A stretch of DNA of 10,412 nt from Calditrichaceae bacterium (GCA_050178385.1 JBFXGD010000126.1:1-10412), one strand, 5' to 3'; counted from the stretch's first letter, positions 1 through 7,185 are shown. Numbers and translations: made by a program. Notes: a model not told the origin generated them from the letters alone.

Positions 1-690
1 GTCGGAATTATCGGCCCAAACGGAGCCGGAAAAACGACATTGTTGAAGCTGATGGCCGGATTGCTGGCGCCTGATGAAGGACGGATTGAACTTGCCGGGA
101 AAAATATAGGTGAGTTCAGCCGGAAAAAAATAGCGGGAATCTTAGGTTACGTGCCGCAGACGGTTGACCTGGCATTTTCATTTTCCGTGCGGGAAGTTGT
201 TATGATGGGCCGATTTCCGCACCAGCATGGTCTGCTGCAGATCGATGCGGATGCAGGTGAGAAAATAAATTCAGCCATGAGCCGGATGAACCTGAAATCA
301 CTCGCGGAACGGCCGTTTACAAATTTGAGCGGTGGGGAGAAACAGCGCGCCATTATAGCAAGTGTACTGGCTCAGGAAGCTGAACTGCTTTTGTTGGATG
401 AACCTACCTCGGCACTCGATCTGAAACACCAGCAGGGAATTTACCGGATCTTAAAAAAATTAGGGCAGGAAGATCATAAAGCGATCGTGCTTGTCACCCA
501 TGATATTAATCTGGCCGCCCAGTTTTGTGACCGCTTAATTCTTATGCATAACGGATCAATACTGAAAGATGGAAAACCCGAGGATGTCCTGAAGTTTCCC
601 ATTATACAGGAAGTCTACGGAGTCAAGGTGTATATCGATATTAATCCCTTCACAAATTCGATATATATCCTGCCGTATGAAACCATTTGA
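1..690 (+). CDS. ABC transporter ATP-binding subunit, iron-siderophore/heme/cobalamin (FecE/BtuD/HmuV-like) family; 5'-truncated by the window edge
   Basis: Frame is open from base 1 (VGIIGPNGAGKTTLLK, Walker A GPNGAGKT), so the true start lies upstream of the window, not at 40. Also present: Q-loop YVPQ, signature LSGGEKQR, Walker B LLLLDEPT, H-loop VTHD, and a C-terminal 'VYGVKV' tail typical of this subfamily. Confidence 0.93.
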   Translation, partial: VGIIGPNGAGKTTLLKLMAGLLAPDEGRIELAGKNIGEFSRKKIAGILGYVPQTVDLAFSFSVREVVMMGRFPHQHGLLQIDADAGEKINSAMSRMNLKSLAERPFTNLSGGEKQRAIIASVLAQEAELLLLDEPTSALDLKHQQGIYRILKKLGQEDHKAIVLVTHDINLAAQFCDRLILMHNGSILKDGKPEDVLKFPIIQEVYGVKVYIDINPFTNSIYILPYETI

Positions 691-722
691 CATGATATGA
701 ATTATAAGATTGAATACATAAG

Positions 723-751
723 TTGAAGCGGTTTGATAGTTTCTTTATATT
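723..751 (+). promoter_or_regulatory. Putative housekeeping sigma70 promoter for the ECF sigma gene
   Basis: TTGAAG (723-728), 17-nt spacer, TATATT (746-751), upstream of the GTG start at 837. Confidence 0.5.
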
Positions 752-789
752 AGCCAACATTTAGCCGGTAATATCCGTTAAGGGTATTT

Positions 790-817
790 ATGTATCTTAA
801 ACGGAAATATTACATCA
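790..817 (+). promoter_or_regulatory. Putative ECF-sigma autoregulatory promoter, ATGTATC-N16-CATCA
   Basis: TGTATC 791-796, 16-nt spacer, CATCA 813-817, ending 19 nt before the sigma start codon. The same motif and spacing recur at 1791-1818. Confidence 0.7.
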
Positions 818-836
818 GAGGAAAGAGAGATAGTTC

Positions 837-1415
837 GTGGATGAATCCTTACTTGTTGAACAAGCGAAAGGTGGAGATAAAGCCGCTTTATCGCAGTTAG
901 TTCATCTGTATAGTGAACGTATATATAATCTTTCCCTGCGTATTTTACGCAAACGGGAAGATGCTGAAGATGTATTGCAGGAGACATTTTTAACGGTAAT
1001 TGAAAAGCTTCATACGTTCGATGGCCGGTCAAGTTTTTTTACCTGGATTTACCGGATTGCCACAAATGCCAGTCTGATGAAGCTGAGAAAAAAAAAGGTG
1101 GTTTTTCAGGAGCTTAATGATAATCCGGAATTCAATGAGAGTGTCGAAAGCCGATTATTTATTGACTGGTCTCAGGATCCATCAATAAATATTTATGATT
1201 CCGAGGTGAAATCCAAATTGGATGAAGCGATTAACAAGCTTTCGGATATTTACAGGAGTGTTTTTATATTGAGGGATATTGAAGGTCTTTCTATTAAAGA
1301 AACCAGCGCGATTCTCAGTATCACTGAAGAAAATGTAAAAATCAGACTGCGGCGCGCCCGGCAATTTTTAAGAGATTCACTGTCGGACTATTTCGAGGAA
1401 AGGGTAATTAAATAA
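837..1415 (+). CDS. ECF (group 4) RNA polymerase sigma-70 factor
   Basis: 192 aa. Region 2: DAEDVLQETF...FFTWIYRIATN. Region 4 HTH: LSDIYRSVFILRDIEGLSIKETSAILSITEENVKIRLRRAR. GTG start after a purine-rich GAGGAAAGAGAG RBS. Anti-sigma gene starts 1 nt after the stop. Confidence 0.96.
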   Translation: MDESLLVEQAKGGDKAALSQLVHLYSERIYNLSLRILRKREDAEDVLQETFLTVIEKLHTFDGRSSFFTWIYRIATNASLMKLRKKKVVFQELNDNPEFNESVESRLFIDWSQDPSINIYDSEVKSKLDEAINKLSDIYRSVFILRDIEGLSIKETSAILSITEENVKIRLRRARQFLRDSLSDYFEERVIK

Positions 1416-1416
1416 G

Positions 1417-1677
1417 ATGTTAAATGAACACAATGAAGAAAAAATTAAACTAATTTGCGATTATCTCTCGGAAGATATTGACGCGCTGGCATGTCAGGAA
1501 ATGATGGAGCATTTAAAAAATTGCCCGACATGCAAGGTGTACTTAGATACGGTGCGGAAGACAGTAATTTTATGCAAGGAAATCGACTGCCCTGAAAAAC
1601 TTCCGGAAGATGTGAGCAATCGTTTATTGAAAGTCCTGGATTTGGAAAATGTTAAATGGAAGCCGGCCAAAGAATAA
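1417..1677 (+). CDS. Soluble zinc-binding (ZAS / zf-HC2) anti-sigma factor, RsrA/RshA-like
   Basis: 86 aa with H32-x3-C36-x2-C39 (HLKNCPTC), six Cys in total and no hydrophobic TM segment. Directly coupled to the ECF gene (TAA-G-ATG). Confidence 0.9.
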   Translation: MLNEHNEEKIKLICDYLSEDIDALACQEMMEHLKNCPTCKVYLDTVRKTVILCKEIDCPEKLPEDVSNRLLKVLDLENVKWKPAKE

Positions 1678-1790
1678 TGGACGAAATCCTATTTTAACAC
1701 CAGCTTGTAATCGGTTAAATTAACAGTCTTAAAACCGGTTTAAGGGTGTGTTCTTCAAATTTTTCTGCATATATTTGCCAACAATCCTCA

Positions 1791-1818
1791 ATGTATCCTT
1801 TTAAATAAAAACGCATCA
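1791..1818 (+). promoter_or_regulatory. Putative ECF-dependent promoter of the trxA operon, ATGTATC-N16-CATCA
   Basis: TGTATC 1792-1797, 16-nt spacer, CATCA 1814-1818, ending 44 nt before the trxA ATG. Identical boxes and spacing to 790-817. Confidence 0.7.
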
Positions 1819-1862
1819 AATTCAACAAATAAAAAAATATTAAACTTTGCAAAGGGTAAAAA

Positions 1863-2204
1863 ATGAAACCTGTCACAGTAACCGACGCCACTTTCCAGAA
1901 AGAAGTAATGGAATCGATCGTACCCGTCATTGTTGATTTTTGGGCGCCATGGTGCGCGCCATGCAGAATGATTGCCCCCATTCTGGAGGAAATTGCCTCT
2001 GAATATGAGGGAAAAGTAAAAGTGGTAAAATTAAATACGGATGACAATACCGCGACAGCCATGAAATTTGGAATCATGAGCATTCCAACCATGATCGTAT
2101 TCCGGAATGGCGAAGCGTTGGATAAAATTATCGGCGCTGTGCCCAAAAAGCAGATTACCGATAAATTGAATTACTATTTACAGGGTGCTTCCGTTCTGAA
2201 TTAG
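1863..2204 (+). CDS. trxA: Thioredoxin
   Basis: 113 aa, PVIVDFWAPWCAPCRMIAP active site, cis-Pro motif IMSIPT, C-terminal IIGAVPK. Confidence 0.96.
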   Translation: MKPVTVTDATFQKEVMESIVPVIVDFWAPWCAPCRMIAPILEEIASEYEGKVKVVKLNTDDNTATAMKFGIMSIPTMIVFRNGEALDKIIGAVPKKQITDKLNYYLQGASVLN

Positions 2205-2217
2205 AAAGGAGATAAAT

Positions 2218-2865
2218 ATGAGTTTTTTACAGGAGAAGGATAAGGATTACATTCGTAATCTCTTTTCAGGAATGAAAAATGAAGTTAAATTGCTTTTCTT
2301 CACACAGGAAATAGAGTGCCAGTACTGCCGGGAGACAAGACAGATTCTGGAGGAAGTCACAGAATTAGGTGATAAAGTAACCCTGACGGTTTATAATTTT
2401 GTGACTGACAAGGAAGTAGCAGAGAAATATAAGATTGATAAAATACCTGCAACGGTTGTTGAGGGTGAAAGAGATTTTGGAATCAGGTATTACGGAATCC
2501 CTTCCGGGTATGAATTTTCTTCATTGCTGGAAGATATTGCAGATGTTTCAAAGGGCGAGTCCGGATTGTCTGCCCAGGCCAAGGAGCTGCTGAAACAGGT
2601 TACCGCTCCGCTTCATCTGCAGGTTTTTGTGACACCGACCTGTCCATATTGCCCGGCAGCTGTTCGGATGGCACATAAAATGGCCATGGAAAATGAATTT
2701 ATCACAGGTGATATGATTGAAGCCACCGAGTTTCCGCACCTTTCCATGAAATATAACGTACGAGGTGTTCCGAGAACCATCATTGGAGAAGACACTCCGA
2801 TAGAAGGGGCATTGCCCGAAATGGCATTTGTGGAAAAAGTTGTTAATACCTTTAAAAACGCCTAA
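2218..2865 (+). CDS. Protein disulfide oxidoreductase (PDO; two thioredoxin folds, AhpF N-terminal-domain-like)
   Basis: 215 aa with N-terminal CQYC and C-terminal FVTPTCPYCP, plus family motifs GIRYYGIPSGYEFSSL and YNVRGVPRT. AAAGGAG RBS at 2205-2211. Confidence 0.92.
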   Translation: MSFLQEKDKDYIRNLFSGMKNEVKLLFFTQEIECQYCRETRQILEEVTELGDKVTLTVYNFVTDKEVAEKYKIDKIPATVVEGERDFGIRYYGIPSGYEFSSLLEDIADVSKGESGLSAQAKELLKQVTAPLHLQVFVTPTCPYCPAAVRMAHKMAMENEFITGDMIEATEFPHLSMKYNVRGVPRTIIGEDTPIEGALPEMAFVEKVVNTFKNA

Positions 2866-2880
2866 CAAAAAGGAACAATT

Positions 2881-3438
2881 ATGGCGAATCAATCCAGTAA
2901 AAACATCTGGTTTCTATTAATCGGCGCGGCGGCAGTATTAATTCTCCTCGGATATATGTTCCTGCCGGATCAGAATGCAAAGCCGATTTCGGGAAAAGCG
3001 CCCGTTCATGTGAACAGTGACAGTAATTATCCGGCTGCTCCCGCTTTTACCTTAAAAGACCTGAATGGCAATGATTTGAAATTGAGTGATTACAGCGGCA
3101 AAGTTGTCTTCGTAAATTTTTGGGCCACATGGTGTCCTCCCTGCCGCGCTGAAATTCCGGCATTCATCGAGCTTGTGGATAAATATGGTAAAGATGGTTT
3201 TGAAGTGATCGGCATCGGGGTGGATCCACGTGATTTTTCGAAAGTACCCGGATTTGTGGAACAGTACAATATTAATTATCCCGTGGTGTACGGAACCGGC
3301 GAAGTCGTTACTGCCTATGGCGGTATCGAAAGCATACCGACTACATTTGTAGTTAACAGGCAAGGACGGGTCGTTGAAAAAATAGTTGGATCACGGCCAA
3401 AAAGCGCTTTTGAAAGTATTATAACCGCTTTATTATAA
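2881..3438 (+). CDS. TlpA/ResA/DsbE-family thiol:disulfide oxidoreductase with N-terminal membrane anchor
   Basis: 185 aa. Hydrophobic IWFLLIGAAAVLILLGYMFL after a Lys, then APAFTLKDLNG, GKVVFVNFWATWCPPCRAEIP and IPTTFVVNRQG. Confidence 0.93.
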   Translation: MANQSSKNIWFLLIGAAAVLILLGYMFLPDQNAKPISGKAPVHVNSDSNYPAAPAFTLKDLNGNDLKLSDYSGKVVFVNFWATWCPPCRAEIPAFIELVDKYGKDGFEVIGIGVDPRDFSKVPGFVEQYNINYPVVYGTGEVVTAYGGIESIPTTFVVNRQGRVVEKIVGSRPKSAFESIITALL

Positions 3439-3458
3439 TAGTTATCTCTGATTGATAA

Positions 3459-3489
3459 ACAAAAGGCGCGCTACATGTGCGCCTTTTGT
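3459..3489. terminator. Probable bidirectional intrinsic terminator between convergent operons
   Basis: Perfect 11-bp inverted repeat ACAAAAGGCGC (3459-3469) / GCGCCTTTTGT (3479-3489), with a T-run available on each strand. It lies between the stops at 3438 (+) and 3501 (-). Confidence 0.85.
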
Positions 3490-3500
3490 GTTTTGTGAAG

Positions 3501-4628
3501 CTATTTCACCAGAATGGACCACAGGATACCGGCTCCTATTGCCGAGCCTATTACCCCTGCAACGTTTGGAGCCATGGCGTGCATGAGCAGATAATTTCCG
3601 GGATCTTCCTTTTGTCCTTCTGTGTGAACAACTCTCGCGGAGTCAGGAACCGCGGAGACTCCCGCGGCACCGATCATTGGATTTATTTTATCCTTGAGGA
3701 AAAGATTCATAAATTTGGCGAATAAAACGCCTCCCGCCGTGGCAATCACAAATGAAAAAGCGCCCAGTACAAAAATCCCCAATGACTTAGGCGTTAAAAA
3801 TATATCCGCCTGTGTGGAGGCGCCTACGGTCAGTCCCAGAAGTATCGTGACGATATCGATCAGGGCGTTTCTTGCTGAATTTGCAAGTCTTTCCGTAACA
3901 CCGCTTTCTTTTAGCAAATTTCCAAAAAACAGCATACCAAGAAGAGTACTCGATCCGGGAGCGATCATTCCGCAGATGATAAAGCCGATTATCGGAAAGA
4001 TAACCTTGACTTTTTTAGACACCTGCCGGGGCGGTTTCATCCGGATCAGACGTTCATTTTTTGTAGTTAGAAGTCTAATAATCGGCGGTTGGATTACGGG
4101 AACAAGCGCCATGTATGAATATGCCGCGATGGCTATGGCGCCGATAAGATGAGGCGCCAGTTTCGATGATAAAAAAATTGCCGTCGGTCCATCGGCTCCG
4201 CCGATAATTCCAATGGCTCCGGCCTCCGTCGGCGTAAATCCAAGCGCGAGCGCGCCGATCAATGTAAGAAAAATTCCAATCTGGGCAGCGGCTCCCAGCA
4301 GTATAAGTTTTGGATTTGACAACATGGTAGAAAAATCGGTCATCGCTCCGATACCGAGAAATATGAGAGGCGGATATATCCCTTTAAGCACTCCAAAATA
4401 AAGGTAGCTCAGAACACTGCCTTCCTCATAGATACTGATCTGCATACCAAACAGAGCGGGAATATTCCCGAAAATGATACCGAAGCCAATAGGTACAAGC
4501 AGCAGAGGCTCATAATGTTTAGCAATGCCCAGGTAGATGAATATAGCGCCTATGGATAACATCACCGCATGACCAAATGTCATATTTACAAATCCGGTCG
4601 TATTTACAAAATTGAGAATTTCAGTCAT
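3501..4628 (-). CDS. mmdB: Na+-translocating carboxybiotin decarboxylase beta subunit (OadB/MmdB/GcdB family)
   Basis: 375 aa polytopic membrane protein with EPLLLVPIGFG, GIGAMTDF, the catalytic GIIGGADGPT motif, AAYSYMALVP and GVSAVPDSARV. Confidence 0.95.
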   Translation of the reverse strand: MTEILNFVNTTGFVNMTFGHAVMLSIGAIFIYLGIAKHYEPLLLVPIGFGIIFGNIPALFGMQISIYEEGSVLSYLYFGVLKGIYPPLIFLGIGAMTDFSTMLSNPKLILLGAAAQIGIFLTLIGALALGFTPTEAGAIGIIGGADGPTAIFLSSKLAPHLIGAIAIAAYSYMALVPVIQPPIIRLLTTKNERLIRMKPPRQVSKKVKVIFPIIGFIICGMIAPGSSTLLGMLFFGNLLKESGVTERLANSARNALIDIVTILLGLTVGASTQADIFLTPKSLGIFVLGAFSFVIATAGGVLFAKFMNLFLKDKINPMIGAAGVSAVPDSARVVHTEGQKEDPGNYLLMHAMAPNVAGVIGSAIGAGILWSILVK

Positions 4629-5104
4629 CCGGCCTCTCCCAATATTACCAGCTCCGCTCCTTCAAGAACGGAATCTGATTCCTTGACAAGGATCTTTTTA
4701 ACATAGCCGGAACTGGTTGCTTTTATTTCATTTTCCATTTTCATAGCTTCCATCTTGACAACAATCTGACCTGCTTCAATTTTCTGCCCTTCCTCCACCA
4801 GTACTTTCAGAATGGTTCCGGGAATAGGGGCGACAATCGATAAAACCCCTTTGGCGCCGGCATGAGATTTAGAAGCCTGCGCCGGTGAAGAGATATGCAT
4901 GCTTGGCGGCTCGCTGTAAGGGGAGATCTTTGCGCTCTTTTTAATGGGATTTATCATGAGCGGCGGGGTAGAGATTGATGAGATAGCATCAATTTGCACA
5001 TCGTACCTGTTACCGTTTACAACAACATCCGCTCGTTCTTCAGTAATGTTTTTGATGGCTACTTTATAGGAATTACCATTTATTGTAAATTCATAGCTAC
5101 GCAT
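4625..5104 (-). CDS. mmdC: Biotin carboxyl carrier (gamma) subunit of the Na+ decarboxylase
   Basis: EAMKMENEI biotinylation motif, APIPGTI, Pro/Ser/Ala-rich linker, N-terminal 'YEFTINGNSYKV'. Overlaps the beta gene by 4 nt (ATGA). Confidence 0.93.
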   Translation of the reverse strand: MRSYEFTINGNSYKVAIKNITEERADVVVNGNRYDVQIDAISSISTPPLMINPIKKSAKISPYSEPPSMHISSPAQASKSHAGAKGVLSIVAPIPGTILKVLVEEGQKIEAGQIVVKMEAMKMENEIKATSSGYVKKILVKESDSVLEGAELVILGEAG

Positions 5105-5525
5105 TGGTTTGTCCTTTCATAGTAGAAATATTCGATCGCTGTGTCACTCCCTGAACGATACCGGACACACTCCATGGTGATTGCTCATACGAATCATCTT
5201 CCCATGTTAATCGCTGTTTTTCCCCCTCAACGTATGAATGGCATAATGAAATGGCGGTTGTAATCGCAATGATGACCTCCTCGGATACGGAATTATTTTC
5301 TTCATCGCTTAGCGCTGAGATCCCGATAGTTTCATTCTCGTCATCACCGATATTATTTGAATCTAATTTTGTTAATAATCTAATGCTCAGACTTATCAGG
5401 AGAAGCCCGGAGAAAACGATGGTCATTCCGATAACTGATATGAGCAAGCCGTTACCTTCCACAATCTTCTGAATCCACTCGGCCGACCCGGCGGATAGAA
5501 GAACTATTTTTAAACTATAAGACAT
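5097..5525 (-). CDS. mmdD: OadG/MmdD-family membrane anchor (delta) subunit
   Basis: Single TM segment LISVIGMTIVFSGLLLI, the 'EEVIIAITTAI' helix and the 'SPW...G' C-terminal motif. Position between carboxyltransferase and carrier genes; AGGAG RBS. Confidence 0.85.
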   Translation of the reverse strand: MSYSLKIVLLSAGSAEWIQKIVEGNGLLISVIGMTIVFSGLLLISLSIRLLTKLDSNNIGDDENETIGISALSDEENNSVSEEVIIAITTAISLCHSYVEGEKQRLTWEDDSYEQSPWSVSGIVQGVTQRSNISTMKGQTNA

Positions 5526-5539
5526 TTTTTTTTGACTCC

Positions 5540-7090
5540 TTATAAGGGGATATTCCCGTGCTTTTTCATAGGCATTGTTTCACGCTTATTTTTCAACATC
5601 TCCAGTGCCTTGATGATCCTGAAACGTGTTCGTCTGGGTTCAATAATATCATCGATATAACCCCGGCTTGCCGCGACATAAGGATTGGCAAACTTATCGA
5701 AATATTCCTGTTCTTTCTCTTTCAAAAACCCTTCCGGGTCATCAGATTCGGAGATCTCTTTGGCTGAAAGGATTTCAACGGCCCCCTTCGGCCCCATCAC
5801 AGCTATTTCGGCTCCGGGCCAGGCATAGTTGATATCACCGCGAAGATGTTTGGAGCTCATAACGCAGTAAGCGCCGCCGTATGCTTTACGTGTGATAACA
5901 GTTATCTTTGGAACGGTGGCTTCGGCGAACGCGTAAAGCAGTTTTGCCCCGTTTCTGATGATGCCGTTGTATTCCTGATTTGTCCCCGGTAAAAATCCCG
6001 GCACATCCACGAAGGTGATGATCGGGATATTAAAAGCATCGCAGAAGCGCACAAACCGCGCTCCTTTTATGGATGAATTATTATCAAGAACACCGGCAAG
6101 GTAGTTTGGCTGATTGGCAACGATGCCAACAGAATGACCGTTATATGCTGCAAAACCAATCACCAGATTCGGCGCGAATGAATCCTGTAGTTCAAGAAAA
6201 GAATGATCGTCAACCGTACGAAAAATGACATCCTTAATATTATATGGAAGATTCGGATTATCGGGAACAATATAATTTAATTCGTCTTCGAAGCGGTCCA
6301 CGGAATCAGTAGTAGGGATTGGATGGGGATTTTCCATATTGTTTTGCGGGATGTATTTAATCAGGGTCTTGATAAACTGGATTGTTTCTTCCTCCGTATC
6401 CAGCGCGATGCTTGCTACACCGCTTTTGGTTGTATGGATTGACGCGCCGCCAAGTTCTTCAACCGTGACATCCTCATTTGTGACGGTTTTTACGACTTTA
6501 GGCCCGGTAAGAAACATATAACTGTTGTTTTTGACCATGGCGACAAAATCGGTAAGCGCGGGTGAATAAACCGCGCCGCCCGCGCATGGACCGAATATCC
6601 CGGTGATTTGCGGTACCACGCCCGATGCCATTACATTTCGCAGAAAAATGTCAGCATACCCGGCGAGACTTTCAATGCCCTCCTGGATTCGCGCGCCGCC
6701 GGAATCATTTAATCCTATCACCGGGGCGCCGTTTCTCATGGCCAGATCCATAATTTTACAGATTTTTTCCGCGTAGGTTTCTGAAAGTGAACCACCGAAG
6801 ACAGTGAAATCCTGTGAAAATACATATATCAATCTGCCGTTTACCGTGCCGTAGCCGGTAACGACTCCGTCACCGTCTATTAATTTTTTATGCAAACCAA
6901 AATCATGGGAACGGTGAGTTTTAAACATATCGAATTCTTCAAAGCTTCCATCATCAAGAAGTCTATGAATTCTTTCTCTTGCCGTCATGCGCCCCTTGGC
7001 ATGTTGTTTTTCGATGGCTTTTAAACCTCCGCCCAGACGCGCGTTATCCCGCCGTTTTTGCAGATATGCCAGTTTTTCCTCTATAGTCAT
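5540..7090 (-). CDS. mmdA: Acyl-CoA carboxyltransferase; probable methylmalonyl-CoA decarboxylase alpha subunit (PccB/MmdA family)
   Basis: 516 aa with [53 protein letters not shown] and C-terminal [15 protein letters not shown] at 7097-7100. Cotranscribed with delta, gamma and beta subunits, with no biotin carboxylase. Confidence 0.92.
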   Translation of the reverse strand: MTIEEKLAYLQKRRDNARLGGGLKAIEKQHAKGRMTARERIHRLLDDGSFEEFDMFKTHRSHDFGLHKKLIDGDGVVTGYGTVNGRLIYVFSQDFTVFGGSLSETYAEKICKIMDLAMRNGAPVIGLNDSGGARIQEGIESLAGYADIFLRNVMASGVVPQITGIFGPCAGGAVYSPALTDFVAMVKNNSYMFLTGPKVVKTVTNEDVTVEELGGASIHTTKSGVASIALDTEEETIQFIKTLIKYIPQNNMENPHPIPTTDSVDRFEDELNYIVPDNPNLPYNIKDVIFRTVDDHSFLELQDSFAPNLVIGFAAYNGHSVGIVANQPNYLAGVLDNNSSIKGARFVRFCDAFNIPIITFVDVPGFLPGTNQEYNGIIRNGAKLLYAFAEATVPKITVITRKAYGGAYCVMSSKHLRGDINYAWPGAEIAVMGPKGAVEILSAKEISESDDPEGFLKEKEQEYFDKFANPYVAASRGYIDDIIEPRRTRFRIIKALEMLKNKRETMPMKKHGNIPL

Positions 7091-7160
7091 GCGGATCTCC
7101 GAAATAGTAAAAAATCAAATCAATGAAATATTATGCATTTTGTGAAATTTAAATACATTA

Positions 7161-7169
7161 AATATAGCA
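7161..7169 (-). promoter_or_regulatory. Possible extended -10 promoter (TG-C-TATATT) for the mmd operon
   Basis: Minus strand reads TTGCTATATT about 70 nt upstream of the mmdA ATG. No good -35 at 17 nt, and the region is AT-rich. Confidence 0.35.
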
Positions 7170-7185
7170 ACTTAGGTCAATTAAT

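Noticed and set aside
40..42. TTG at 40 as the start of the ABC ATPase
   Set aside because: Walker A (GPNGAGKT) is encoded in-frame upstream at 13-36, so the gene begins before the window.
698..727. Imperfect tandem repeat TGAATTATAAGAT / TGAATACATAAGT / TGAA
   Set aside because: Short, AT-rich and needs gaps to align; cannot be distinguished from chance.
1714..1854. Small palindromes GTTAAATTAAC, AAACCGGTTT and CTTTGCAAAG between the anti-sigma gene and trxA
   Set aside because: Stems of 5 bp or less with no T-tract and no mutual similarity; not supportable as terminators or operators.
1715..2146. 143-aa minus-strand ORF, and the other short antisense ORFs at 147, 778, 1182, 2548, 2613 and 3052
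   Set aside because: Shadow frames opposite well-supported genes, with no recognisable motifs.
5525..5533. T9 homopolymer (A-run between the RBS and ATG of mmdD) as a phase-variation tract
   Set aside because: Non-coding spacer of ordinary length for AT-rich DNA; a slip would only shift RBS spacing by 1 nt.
3477..6521. Plus-strand ORFs within the mmd operon, e.g. 3694-4152 (152 aa)
   Set aside because: Antisense shadows of hydrophobic or conserved genes, with no independent evidence.
5540..7090. Calling the carboxyltransferase an ATP-dependent propionyl-CoA carboxylase beta chain (pccB)
   Set aside because: No biotin carboxylase in the operon, and the membrane beta and delta subunits indicate a Na+-pumping decarboxylase.
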